A stretch of 64,000 bases of DNA. Source: Eledone cirrhosa. Its lineage: Eukaryota. The stretch is taken from NCBI GenBank assembly GCA_964016885.1, contig OZ024741.1, forward strand, positions 350,114,001-350,178,000, read 5' to 3'. Numbering within the stretch: position 1 is the stretch's first letter; each line of letters starts with the position of its first letter. Below, piece after piece: positions 12,994 to 26,018 of this stretch. Under the pieces are notes generated by a model, which saw only the letters and a list, made by a program, of their open reading frames with translations, did no database searches and was not told the origin of the DNA. The position numbers and the translations under genes are program-made.

Positions 12994-15900
12994 TAATAAC
13001 AATAATAATAATAATAGCAATAATAATAATAACGACAACAACAATAATGATATACATATTAATATATATATACACACACACGCACGCACATAAGCATGTC
13101 TACACACACACACACACACGATAGCAACTAACAGTGCTGCGATCGAATGTGGCTTTTTAGCCCAGCCAATGATCTAAAGTGTCTTGCACAGAGTCGGCAA
13201 CCAAAACATTCACTGGGAATAGTCGGCTGTGGTTGGAGTTCGTGTACTTTTGCATGTCGCTTGACCCCTCCTGCTGATTTACATTCTCTACCACATGTTT
13301 GGCAAGCATGATGAGTAACATCTCCAACAGCAGCCTGGTAGTCAACCATTGGTCTTACTTTATGACTGCGAAGATGACTTTCAAGTCCAGCTTTGCTTAG
13401 GCAAAGTCTCGCACAGACGCTGCATGTCAGCACCATAGGAGGACCCTCGCCGTCTGGAAGTGCAACAGCAATGCCATTCCTCACATCCCGCTTTACTTTC
13501 TCGTGTGCGATTCGAGATGCCTCAAAGGCAACTTTTCCCTCATATACAGTCTTTCTACATTTATTACGATCAGCAGCAACATTTTCCCATGTATCAGCAG
13601 AGATGTTAGCGTCTTTCAGAGAGGCTTTCAAGGAATCCTTATACCTCTTTTTTGGTTTATGTGGCGGTCGTTTTCCTTTAACCAACTCTCCATAGAAGAG
13701 TTGTTTTGGTATTCTAGAATCCTTCATCCTGGCAAGGTGACCACTCCAACGGAGTCGTTGCTTAAGCACAAGAGATTCTATACTATCACACATAGAGCTT
13801 TCCAAAATCTCGACATCACTGATGTGGTCCCTCCAGTGAACGCCATGGATCCGTCTGAGACACATCTGATGGAAACGCTCCAATTGCTTAAGGTGGTGTC
13901 TATATGTGACCCAGGTCTCGCAGGCATAAAGAAGACAAGAGAGTACACATGCCCTGTACACCTTTACCTTTGTCCTCCTGCATATGTCTCGCCGACCCCA
14001 GAGTCGCTTTTCTAGCTTTCCGAAAGCATCACTTGCTTTCCTAATCCTAAGTGAGATTTCACTGTCAAGGTTGCCGTATCGATTGACAGTGCTTCTCAGG
14101 TAGACAAACTGATCAACCACTCCAAGTCGTTTGCCATACACATAGATGTTTGGTTCAGTGTACTGCTTACTAGGGGCAGGTTGGTACATGACGACGGTTT
14201 TCTTGAGACTGACAGTCAAACCCAGGGCTACAAGATCGCAATCATCTGCATACAAGAAGTCTCTTATGATTGATGTAAATACTTTTGTCTTCGCAGCAAA
14301 GCGCCTGATGTTAAATATGCTGCCTGAGGTTCGATATCGGATGTAAACACCATGCTCGCAATTCCTGAATGCAATACAGAAAACTATTGCAAAGTATATG
14401 GCAAACAGGGTCGGTGCTGGAATATCCCCCTGTTTCACTCCATTTTTTACTGAGATAGGTTCCGACATGTTACCTCCGACATTAACCTAAGCCTTCATGT
14501 CGTCATGGAAAGACCTAACTAAAGCAAGGAACTTATCAGGGCAACCAAGTTTCTGGAGAACCTTCCATAATGCATCTCTGTTAACAGTATCGAAAGCTTT
14601 TGTCAGATCGACAAAAACCTGATACAGATCCAAGCCTTGTTCCATGCACTTCTCCTGGAGCTGTCTAGCTGAGAAGATCATATCAGTAGTGCCGCGTCCA
14701 GCACGAAAACCAGATTGACTTTCAGGAAGAACACAATCTGCAATGTGTGTCAGCAGACGGTCCAGAAGCACCCTACATAAAACTTTCCCTACGACAGAAA
14801 GCAATGATATATCTCTGTAGTTCCCACAATCATTCATGTTACCCTTTCCCTTGTACAAGACCACCATTACTGCATCTCTCCAGTCCTCAGGTACGGATTC
14901 ATTAGCCCATATCCTTCCAAACAAAGAGTGCAGATGTTGCAGGAGTCTCTCACCACCATATTGTAGGAGCTCAGCATGTATGCCATCCATACCTGGAGAT
15001 CTTCCACTGTTCAGCTTCGAAATAGCCACTGCAACCTCCACCAGCGTCGGAGGTTCTGCGAGAGCTACTTTCACAGGACTTTCTGGAATGAGATTGAGGA
15101 AATCTTCACTGACGACAGACGGCTGATTCAAAAGATCATCAAAGTCCTCTCGCCACCTTCATAGAATTCCCTGTGAGTCACGAAGAAGTTCTTTGCCATC
15201 CTTGCTGCGAAGCGGTGTCACCAAAGAAGAAGACGGTCCATAAACCTCACGCAAGAGACTGTACAACAGCTTTGTGTTATTGGAATCAGACGCAGTTTGT
15301 ATCTCACCAGCCTTTTCACTCCACCACTGATCCTTCATCTGAGAAAGACTCCGCCTAACACGTGATTTTATATCCCTGAGTTCCTCGTGCAACGTATTCC
15401 TCTCCTGTGGTTTTGCCGTCAAGTAGCGTGACAGAGCACGCCTCTTATCAGCCAACAAGTCTTCTATATGTACATCATTCTCATTAAACCAGTCCTGATG
15501 TTTTCTCTGCACCAATCCCAGAACACGCCTGCCTACATCATAAACCGACTTTTTAAGGGTCGGCCAATCCTCACCAAGATCTGCAGCCTGCATCTCTTCT
15601 TCCAATGTCCTCTTCACATTTTTATCCTTAAGACGAGCAGCATTCAATCTTTTGGGCAGGGCAACACCAGGAGCCCGGATTTTACGTTTGGTGATTAGTT
15701 TCACTTTTGCGCGTATCAGGCGGTGGTCATCCAGCACTCAGCTCCCCGAAGAGCACGAACACACTGCACATCCTGTCTGTCACGCATCCTGACTAGGACG
15801 TAGTCCAAAAGATGCCATTCCTTAGATGCAGGATGCATCCATGTGGTCTTGAATTTGTTCTTTTGTTGGAATATGGTGTTGGTAACACACAGATCCAGCT

Positions 15901-16762
15901 CCTCACACATCTGCAGCAGGAGCATACCATTGCTGTTACACTTTCCCACCCCATGCCTTCCGATTACATTCCATGTGTTAAAATCCCTACCCACTCTAGC
16001 ATTAAAGTCACCAAGCACGATGACTTTGTCTGCCTGAGGGATATTTCTTAGAACACCTTTCAAGGCATGGTAAAAGGACAGTTTTTCTTCATCGACAGAA
16101 TTCATAGTTGGAGCATACACACTCACCAGGGTAGCATATCTTCCTTTGTCCAGCGGAACTCTCATGGACATAAGACGCTCACTAATCCCTACTGGGAATT
16201 CTGCTAATTTATTCACAAGTACAGTCTTAACAGCAAATCCTACCCCAGCCTCTCTTCTGGTTCCTTCATCTCTTCCTTTCCAGAAGAATGTATATTCTCC
16301 ACAAAATTCCGTAAGATGACCATCTCCAGCTAACCTCGTCTCAGATAAAGCCACGATGTCAAGATCGTAACGTCGAAGCTCCTTTGCAACAAGAGCGGTC
16401 CTTCGTTCAGGACGCTCCAAGGAATCCCTGTCAAGCAGCGTCCGTACATTCCAGCAGCCAAGACTAAATGCCTTGTTTGGCTCTATTACAATGGCACGAT
16501 GACGAGCGGGCCCAGGCTGTGATAACTTGGGGCCCCTGCCCTTATTGCCAATGATCTTTTTTGTTCCAGAACCTAAATTGCCAATTATCTCTTTTACATT
16601 GTTCTGGAACATCATTGAATTGGAGAAAAAAAAAAAAAAAGTAATAGTAATAGTAATAATAATAATAATAATAATAGTACACTATTAATAATTATTAATG
16701 CACTCGTGCAATGCCTGTGCGTGACGAATATTTTTAAAGTGAGGAAAGACTGTGCACTGAAC
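12726..16762 (-). mobile_element. Near-full-length RTE-clade LINE
   Basis: One ORF broken into 15716-16615, 15159-15737, 14487-15131 and 13128-14468; 5' UTR to about 16762; microsatellite-rich 3' UTR; (ATGT)n on both sides. Confidence 0.96.
13128..16615 (-). pseudogene. RTE ORF: APE endonuclease + reverse transcriptase + three C-terminal C2H2 fingers
   Basis: WNVRTL, ALSETR, VYAPT, GDFNARVG, LLDYVL; QSGFR, FVDLTKAFDTV, GVKQG, YADD; CSVC..HLRSH, CQTC..HAKVH, CRLC..HIRSQH. Frameshift near 15730, stops at 15159 and 14487, apparent deletion of about 20 codons after YADD. Confidence 0.95.
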
Positions 16763-16771
16763 ATACATACA

Positions 16772-17378
16772 TGGTGGCTGCCAACTCGTTTTCGAGTACG
16801 GCCACTACTTTATATCCATGTAGGAGAACCCCTACCGATGCGCTGAACGAGTGTGACTTTTTAGTCCAGCCAGCGTATTGAAGACTCTGGTACAAACACT
16901 ACACTTGTGACAATTATTGACACATAGTGCTGGGCCCATGGTACCATGTGAAGACAAGTGCAGAGAGATCTCCAGATATAAAGCAATGCCTGTGCCATGA
17001 AGCTTTTATAGTGAGCAAAGGCACTGCACAAAGCCAGTCCCACTCTCTTAACCAAGATGATATTTACCAAAAAGAAGAACAAGTCAACATCATTGGATAC
17101 CATCAGAGTTGCAGGTGTTATATCAGGGTTTTCCTTCTCCTAGAATTCTGCCTTGACAAAGGCTAAGGGGTCATCTCTCCCGGTGATTTTGGATGGCCAT
17201 TGACTCTTAAGAGTTCCTTTGCCCTTTGACAGGTTTTGTTTTTAGTCCTGCGGGATGTCCAAAGTCACCCTTCTCACCAAGAAACCTTGGTGGGGTTGCC
17301 AGTTTAGTCGCCAACGTTCCGACCATGAGACAGGTTTTACTGGGATACATGTTACCAGTAGCACCAACTGGTGACCTG
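16772..17378 (-). mobile_element. Non-autonomous RTE derivative (5' leader fused to last C2H2 finger and 3' end)
   Basis: Encodes CSVCTRVFNTLAGLKSHTRSAH, similar to the RTE C-terminus; the 3' end ggccgtactcgaaaacgagttggcagccaccatgtatg resembles 12726-12757; flanked by (CATA)n. Confidence 0.82.
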
Positions 17379-17460
17379 ACACATACATACATACATACAT
17401 ACATACATACATACATACATACATACATACATACATACATACATACATACATACATACAT

Positions 17461-17897
17461 GATGGCTGCAAACTCTGCTAAGAGTATTGCAATGGCTTGT
17501 CAGATTATAGAGTTTGGTGCACTTTCAGGCTACGGCCTGCCACGCGAACCTGTAACAAATCCTGAACAAGCAATGCCTGTGCTTTGAAGGTTTTTTAAGT
17601 GGGGGAAAGGCCTTGCACGCGACCAATCCCACTCTCTGAGCATCGAAAACACTACCCGAAAAGGAGAGCTGGTCAACATCACCGGATGCTTCCGAAGCCG
17701 CAGGAGGTTTTTCAGAGTTTCTCTCTCCTAGAAAGATGTTGTGACACAACTGGGGGCCTTTCACTCCCAGATGAACAAAAAAAACCCAAAAAACAAAAAA
17801 AAAACAAAAACAAAAAAAAACTACTATTTGGATGGCTGTTGCCGGGTCTTGTATTTCATCCCGCAAGATGTCCAAATATCACCCTCCTCACCAAGCT
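17461..17897 (-). mobile_element. Second short RTE-related derivative
   Basis: Begins with cttggtgaggagggtgatatttggacatc, similar to 17255-17283; ends gcagccatcatgtatg like the full RTE; bounded by (CATA)n. Confidence 0.72.
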
Positions 17898-17930
17898 ACA
17901 TACATACATACATACATACATACATACATA

Positions 17931-18002
17931 CATGGTGTGGCTGCCAACTCGTTTTCGAGTATGGCCACTACTTTATATCCATGTAGGAGAACCCCCTACC
18001 GA
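17931..18002 (-). mobile_element. About 70-bp RTE 3'-terminal fragment in (CATA)n
   Basis: Near identical to 16770-16839. Confidence 0.88.
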
Positions 18003-18035
18003 CATACATACATACATACATACATACATACATAC

Positions 18036-18175
18036 ACTGCTAAACTAATGAGGAATCTGCAGATACTCCACCCTGACTATACTTCTAGATTTTTACCTGT
18101 AATCATTGGGGTGTGGGGTATGTTACTTACTGCCTCAGTACAAATCTTTAAAAGCTTGGCTTCACAGAACCAGAG
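18036..18175 (+). mobile_element. R4/Dong-like C-terminal fragment
   Basis: LMRNLQILHPDYTSRFLPVIIGVWG resembles LMRCLQIRYPIHAFRFIHIIIGATS at about 8320-8395. Confidence 0.6.
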
Positions 18176-18761
18176 GCCTCTTGTGTCCTCGTTTTCGAGA
18201 CCTCTAGTGCTGTTTTACTTCGCAAAATCGGGAGGAGAGCATCCCCCCAGAGTAAGGAGCCACATGAGATAGAGTGGCTTACGCAGCGGCTATCGCTGGC
18301 TGGAAATAATTTCGCCATTTTGTCCATTTCGCAGCTGATATATACTACTTAAACTGCGGTGTAGAGTCTGCTACCCACATCCTCCTTTTCATTTACATTC
18401 GCTACCTGAACAGCACCTCGCAAAACAATTGAAACAACGAAATCTATGTAATCATCAAATCTCCATCAAGTTACATATCTCTGATGTTATACAGTGAGTT
18501 GGAAAACTTAACTAAGGCTAAATTATTAAAGCAATTAATCAAACAAAAACTCCCACTTGACGTGTTTAAAATCTAAAAGACAACAAACGAGGGAGATAAC
18601 TAACTAATTCAGTTGATCGAAATTGTTGGACAATATAAACAATACAGATTGGAGTTGATCTGGTTTGTAAAGACAAATGGTAAAAACTACAGATATGTTT
18701 CGGTTTTATTAGGCCCCACCAGCGAAGCTTACTCTACACAATTCCCAAGATTGGACATGAT

Positions 18762-18859
18762 CAGGGTGTCCCAAAAAATGTATTGACACTTCAACAGCAT
18801 TCTAATAAATATTGCCTGTACACGTATTCAAAGTGTGTATACATTTTTGGGATATCTTG
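18762..18859. mobile_element. Tc1/mariner-type MITE
   Basis: TIRs cagggtgtcccaaaaaatgtat / atacatttttgggatatcttg, TA on the right side. Confidence 0.75.
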
Positions 18860-18981
18860 TATATATAGAGAGAGAGAAAAGAGGAGATGTAGTGACATAA
18901 TTATGAATTGTATTTAGTTTATTTTCCCTCTACCTTATTATTAATATTAATTATCAGTGTCACTAAATTGTCACTAAATTG

Positions 18982-20247
18982 TCGGGTGGTTTTCTGTTAG
19001 CATGTGTAGTGTGTATATTGATATTATACGCAGGTATATATACATGTAGATCTGATACATCAAATAAAATCGTAATTGACAATCTGTATATATATAAAAT
19101 TAAGTATGTGTGTGTGTGTCTGTGTCTGTGTATTACCTATAGGGGCCTACATCTTACGACCGATTTTCATGAAACTTTACTACAGGCTCATAGATTAGTC
19201 ATCGGGGAGTGTTTTCTATATATCAGCATATCGTTTTTTTTTATTCCGGGGCCATTCTGCAGATAATAATCGATAGGGGGGGGGGGGCACCTTTTTTTAT
19301 GTATCGAAAAATAAGATTTTTGGCTCTACCTCCCACATTTTGCCACCGATTTCGTTCAAATTTTAAAGCAAAATAGAATTTATCATTGCACATCCTGTAA
19401 TGGTTTTATATTTTGCATTTGTTGTTCATGGACGGCGTGGTAGCCGCTTAAATATTCAAAATACCACTTTTAACTCAAATTTCCACTTTTTCAGCTCTAG
19501 CTCCCACATTAATCAACCTACTTTGTTCAAATTTTACACTACGCTAGATCTGATTATTTCACGTCTTAAAGCGGCTTTACATTTTGGATTTTTTGTTCAG
19601 AAACGTCGTGGCAGCCGCTTAAATATTCGGAAATACCACCTTTTCGCTCAAATTTCCGCCTTTTCGGCTCTAGCTCCCACATTTTCCAACCGATTTCGTT
19701 CAAATTAAAAACTCCCTTCCCCAGCATGCCCCTTCGTCAGTCACCCGCGTTTCTCAGTGATAGAGGTCATCACCACCCTCTCCCGCATGGCCTGTGTGTG
19801 GTCATAGATGAGTCACCTAGAAGCAGTCGCTAAGATCAACACCTTTTCATCAAAGCAGATATTATTTTACCTACCCAGGCAACGCTGGGTACTGCTGCTA
19901 GTATATAATACATAGAAATTCAAAGAAGACTACGTTGCACTGTCTTATTTAATCAGTAATGTAATCCATGATACATTAAAAAAGACGATATTATATATAA
20001 ACTGCGTTAGGAGAAAATTAGTATGTTTATTTAAGCGATGGCCAACCGGAAGTGTAGACATTTTAGAAATTTTAAAGAAGTGAATCTTTAAATAAAAAAA
20101 TATATTTAATCAACAGCCACGAAATTTAGTAGATAAATTATGTAATATTCATTATTTATTCAAAGTAATCAAACATATTTTACTGATGGGATAAAAAAGT
20201 ATAAACCGTACGCAGTCCCGAGCTCCTTACTTTATTATAGTTTAGAT
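18982..20247. repeat. Unclassified dispersed repeat, copy 2, interrupted by a Helitron
   Basis: Matches 5929-6496 at 18982-19082 and 19902-20247. Confidence 0.85.
19083..19901 (+). mobile_element. Non-autonomous Helitron
   Basis: 5' TC (tctgtatatatataaaa), 3' hairpin cccaggcaacgctggg then CTAG, inserted between A and T with no TSD; empty site in the paralog near 6030; internal tandem sub-repeats. Confidence 0.88.
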
Positions 20248-20494
20248 ATACAGTGATCACACTTAATCTTGCCAACAGAGCAAAATATGCTCTGTTGATG
20301 AGGTTTAATAATACCGAAACATTATCCGCTGCTTTTACTAGCTGGATTTTCAGATATACTCCAATCTACATTGTCTATATTGTGCCAAGATTCCAATCAA
20401 CTTACCATTTTTGTATGTATGCAGACAATACAGAATTGGAGTTTTCATATATTGGAAATTATGCCAACCTTTTCAAATATCACACACAAAAATA

Positions 20495-20715
20495 AAGATG
20501 GCTGGAGCGTGATGCACAAAAGATTTCAGTGAATTTTAAAATGGCCCTATTCCGGGACGTGACAATTCATACAGACAGGGAGATTAAAGAAAATCCACCA
20601 GATATTGTTTTCCAAGTCCACCAGGGAAAGGAATTGGTTTCTAATCCATATATCAATTCCAATATAAAATAATATAGTCGAAAGGAAATGAAGGAGAAGC
20701 TAACAACGATGGAGA
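20495..20715 (+). mobile_element. R4/Dong RLE remnant
   Basis: DVTIHTDREIKENPPDIV motif. Confidence 0.6.
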
Positions 20716-20721
20716 CTAGGG

Positions 20722-20753
<32 letters not shown>

Positions 20754-20930
20754 CGTGTGTGTGTAGACATATATATAGAGAGAGAGAGAGGGGGGAGATG
20801 GGTGTGTATGCATATATATGTAAATATAGTATATATATATGTATTTGTGTGTGTGTATGTGATAGATACATACATATATATATATATATTCACACATACA
20901 TATATATATAGAGAGAGGGGTGAGATAAAC

Positions 20931-21019
<89 letters not shown>

Positions 21020-21169
21020 TGCAAAAAATGTATACAAACAAAAATATGTATTTCTATCAAATTAGACAAATATTTATGTCTAATTTAATCTTCCAGAATT
21101 TGAGTTTTATTAGATTTAAGGAGGAGAATTCGTGAGAGAGATAGAGAGAGAGAGGATGAGTGACACAGC

Positions 21170-21767
21170 GTGTGTGTATGAGTATGTGTGTATGAGTGTG
21201 TGTGTATGAGTGTGTGCGTGTATGAGTGTGTGTGTATGAGTGTGTGTGTATGAGTGTGTGTGTGTGTGAGTGTGTGTGTATGAGTATGTGTGTATGAGTG
21301 TGTGTGTATCAGTGTGTGTGTGTATGAGTGTGTGTGTATCAGTGTGTGTGTGTATGAGTGTGTGTGTATGAGTGTGTGTGTATGAGTGTGTGAGTATGAG
21401 TGTGTGTGTATGAATGTGTGTGTATGAGTGTGTGTATGAGTGTGTATGTATGAGTATGTGTGTATGAGTGTGTGTATGAGTGTGTGTGTATGGGTGTGTG
21501 CGTATGAGTGTGTGTGTATGAGTGTGTGTGTATGAGTGTGTGTGTGTATGAGTGTGTGTGTGTATGAGTGTGTGTGTATGAGTGTGTGTGTATGAGTGTG
21601 TGTTTATGAGTGTGTGTGTATGTGTGTATGAGTGTATTAGTATGAGTGTATGTTTATGAGTGTGTGTGTATGAGTGTATTAGTATGAGTGTGTGAGTATG
21701 AGTGTGTGTGTATGAGTGTGTGTTTATGAGTGTGTGTGTATGAGTGTGTGTGTATGAGTGTGTGTGT
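21170..21767. repeat. GT-rich minisatellite, about 12-bp unit (GTGTGTATGAGT)
   Basis: Direct reading. Confidence 0.95.
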
Positions 21768-21998
21768 AATGATCTGTTTGTAAGTGGATGTCGTGGTGGA
21801 TGTCTATGTGAGGAGATATATGTGGCTATATGTGTGTGTCTGTAATGTGATGTGTATGCAGTGCGTATGTGTCTGTATATGTGAGTGGAAGAAACACTGT
21901 GTTAGTATATGTGCGATACATACACGTATATATGTACCGTACACACACACACACACACACACACACATTCATACATACAAACACATACATACATATAT

Positions 21999-22032
<34 letters not shown>

Positions 22033-22069
22033 TACATACATACATATATATATATATACACATATATAT

Positions 22070-22193
<124 letters not shown>

Positions 22194-22840
22194 AGTGGGT
22201 AAAGGAGAGTGAGAGAGGGAGAGAGAGAGAAGTGGGTAAAGGAGAGTGAGAGAGGGAGAAAGAACGGGTGGAGCTAACAGGTAGAGCGAGGGGGTAGGGA
22301 AAGAAGAGGGAATGGGTGTATGGCAGAGGAGTTTTCTATATGTATGTCTAAGCTCTACAGGCAGTCCGCTGTATAGACGGCTGGTTGGAAAAAAAAAAAT
22401 TTTTTTTAAACCCAAGCCGTTTAAATAAACAGACATTGGACTCTGTTGAGCTTTAGCCAAAATATACGCCATCACTCTACCCTCCAACCGCTTTTTGCTA
22501 TTTCATTTTCTGCTCATTCTCATCTTTATAATCTGAGTTTACACGTCTGCACCAAATGCATTAATGCATAAATGCTTCTTTGCATATTCCTCTGTATATT
22601 TCCACTAGCTGTAGTTATAACTGATAAAATCTTCATCGCCCGGATTTAAAATTATTTAATGGTTAACTCCTGGTTATTTTCATGTGTGCAGTATCTGCTG
22701 TGTGTTAAGTTAGGGGTTTATATTTTTCTATAAATACAGCTTCCATAGGTAATCGTCTGGTTTACTTTCTGGAATTCTATATAGGATGGTAAGGCGGTGA
22801 ATTGGCAGAGTCGTTAGAATGTCTGATATAATGTTTTGTG

Positions 22841-23040
22841 NNNNNNNNNNNNNNNNNNNNNNNNNNNNNNNNNNNNNNNNNNNNNNNNNNNNNNNNNNNN
22901 NNNNNNNNNNNNNNNNNNNNNNNNNNNNNNNNNNNNNNNNNNNNNNNNNNNNNNNNNNNNNNNNNNNNNNNNNNNNNNNNNNNNNNNNNNNNNNNNNNNN
23001 NNNNNNNNNNNNNNNNNNNNNNNNNNNNNNNNNNNNNNNN
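22841..23040. other. Assembly gap (200 N)
   Basis: N run. Confidence 1.
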
Positions 23041-23327
23041 CGCCAGGGAATGAAGATAGTGAGTAGATTAAGAGGAGTGTATCAAAATATAGTTATATAT
23101 TGGATGAAGAATGTAACTTGCTGGGATGGGATGGAAGATTACATATATACATGTAGGAGGGAGGATATTCAACTATGAAAACCAGTTAACGGATAAGTAA
23201 CAAAAATTTCGTTGGCTACGCATTACAGAACAATTTGTAATTGGTATTCATTCAAATAAACATATATACAAATTCGTATGCACATATATAAGTATACAGT
23301 CAATACATAAAGTTGTGCATAGATATA

Positions 23328-24319
23328 AGAGGTTTGTCCCAAAAGTAAGGGTACTGATAAGATATTTAAATGTATATTAGACGTACATGATATTTTATGT
23401 TATCTCCTTCAAAATACGACCTTTGTGAAGTCACACAGTGGTTCCAACATTTTTCTATTGATTGTAGTAGTAGTGAAAGTCATTTTCTGCGAATGTCCTT
23501 AACTTGTCGGTTATAATTTCTTGTATGTTTTCCACAGTCCCAACTTCGATTTAAACTTGGGGAAGAAGTAGAAATCACATAGAGCTTGATTTGGGTTGTA
23601 GGGTGAATGTTGAAGAATGGAATTGTGTCCGTGACTAATTCAAAGTGGTGTGTGAGCAGGCGCGTTATTGTGATGCATTATCCAATCTCCTACAATGTCC
23701 TTTCAGATTCACCTGACCCGTTTTCCAAGTCGTTCCAAGACATCTTTGTAGAAGGTACGACTAATTAAACATTCTTTGTAAATAATACCACGGCTGTTGA
23801 AAAAAATAATATTCATAGTTTTCTCCTTGAATGTGCTTATGCGTGCTTACTTTAGACGAGGTGAACTTTTCGTTTACCACTCCACACTTTGCCATTTTGA
23901 TTCTGGATCATACTTGAACACCCATGATTTATCTCCTTTTATTACTTTATTCAAGAAATTGGGCTCAATTTCGAATCTTTTTAGATGACATATTTCCAAG
24001 CGATTCGCTTTTTGCTCCACAGGCAGGTGTTTGATATATCTATAAGCTTGTGTTAAAGAATTAAATGTTTCGGTGGGCAGATTTTTTTGCGTTTCGCCCA
24101 AAATGTGATCGTGAAAATGTGTCCGATATTTTCATGCATTACAAACATAACACGTACATAAACAGCAATAACTAACGACTAACTTAATCGATCACGTTGA
24201 AATAAGAATATACAAGCAGCCAAGATTATAAAAAATTACGTCTAAATACATCAACACGGTGCTGCCTTACCATATCGCACATAAGAAAAACAGTACTCTT
24301 ACTTTGTGGACAAACCTCG
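23328..24319 (-). mobile_element. Decayed mariner with both TIRs
   Basis: TIRs (c/a)gaggtttgtcc..aaagtaag.gtactg with TA flanks; FLNKVIKGDKSWVFKYDPE, HHNNAPAH and YNPNQALCDFYFFP remnants. Confidence 0.9.
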
Positions 24320-24577
24320 TATAAACAGAAAATACCTGATTATATCTATAAAAGAACGCACACACACAAATAAATGTATGTATGTGAATGTGTATGTGTG
24401 TGTGAGTGTGAATGTGTGTGTGAAAGTGTGAGTGTCGGTCAGTTCGTGTCTATGTTTACGTTTGCATCTATGCTTATGTTCCGTTGTATAGAAGAGAAAC
24501 AAAAAAAAAGAGATCAATAAAATAAGTATCAAATGTGTAAAAAAGTATATATATATATATATACAGGCATATATACA

Positions 24578-24628
<51 letters not shown>

Positions 24629-24629
24629 T

Positions 24630-24667
<38 letters not shown>

Positions 24668-25012
24668 TATACACACATATATATATATGCATACATATAT
24701 ATATATACCACATATATATTTATATACACACATATATATATATACACACAGAAGTTTACTTCTACTAAATTTGACTCACATGGCATTGGTCACCATTTTT
24801 TATGACATTGCAGCTGGAGAAAATATGCTGCGATTACACAGGTGCCAAGCTGTATCGGCATTTGCCTTCTCTGTTGGATAACATTGGACGCATCAACATC
24901 AATGACTTACATGCATCGATGAATTCTAGTTTTCCGTAAAATCACTTTACTTCGCTTTGCAACTTAAAGTAACTTTCTAGTAGATCTTCATATCCATAAC
25001 TATATCTATATA

Positions 25013-25092
<80 letters not shown>

Positions 25093-25311
25093 ATATATAT
25101 ATAATCACTTTTTTATTTGTTTGACCCGAATTACTTGGTCGTTTCTATGGCTGTGCGGATAATGGTTTAACCATCGTCACAGTGTGTTTGGCCTTTTAAC
25201 GTATGTTGTACCTCTGGTTCGTTAGAATCTATTGAGCGGTTGCCACACATCTCGGAAGTTGTTTTTCGCTAATTTCCAATAGCCGAAATACGATTCTCGC
25301 TAATTTATATT

Positions 25312-25394
<83 letters not shown>

Positions 25395-25540
25395 TAGATT
25401 GAGTTAGAAACTCAAAATAGTCTTTTACAATTAAACAACTCAAGGAAGGGAATCTTTCCGAGCCGTGTAATACAATTGAATATATGAGAGGGATGAACAC
25501 ACGTATACTTGTATCAGTGTTCATCCCTATCATATATTCA

Positions 25541-25611
<71 letters not shown>

Positions 25612-25631
25612 TCTTTTCCTTTTTTTTTAAA

Positions 25632-25673
<42 letters not shown>

Positions 25674-26018
25674 GGAAAAGAATGACTTCACTTTACGGGG
25701 TCGATAAAATAAACCATCAGTAATACACTTGGCTAATTGCTGGCCTTGTGCCAAAAGTAGAAACAATTATGATTTGGCAGATCTCGTAAGTTCTTTGTTA
25801 ACTTCGGTGGGAAGATTTTTAAAGATTCCTGCTTAACTTTCCTGGAGAACTTAATCGCATTCGTCGTTGGCGATTGTCAAACTGAGATCAGGTTGTGTTG
25901 TGCTGTGTGACTCTATATATAAGATATATATATAAATACTATAGTAAATGTTTGGTAGAAATATCCAAGGGTAAGAGCACTCAGTCCATAGGGCGAGTTT
26001 ATTATTTTTGACACTTTT

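Noticed and set aside
16695-16762. HDV-like ribozyme at the 5' end of the full RTE (uuccucac, ugcac/gugca hairpin)
   Set aside because: Could not build P2/P3 or find the catalytic C in J4/2.
18685-18730. Hammerhead-like motif on the minus strand (CUGGUGG...GAAAC-AU-AUC)
   Set aside because: Several core mismatches and weak stems; at best a dead relic.
21170-21767. Regular repeat array as a possible CRISPR
   Set aside because: Contiguous low-complexity minisatellite with no unique spacers; eukaryotic context; no cas genes.
22819-23178. ORFs spanning X runs
   Set aside because: Artefact of the N gap.
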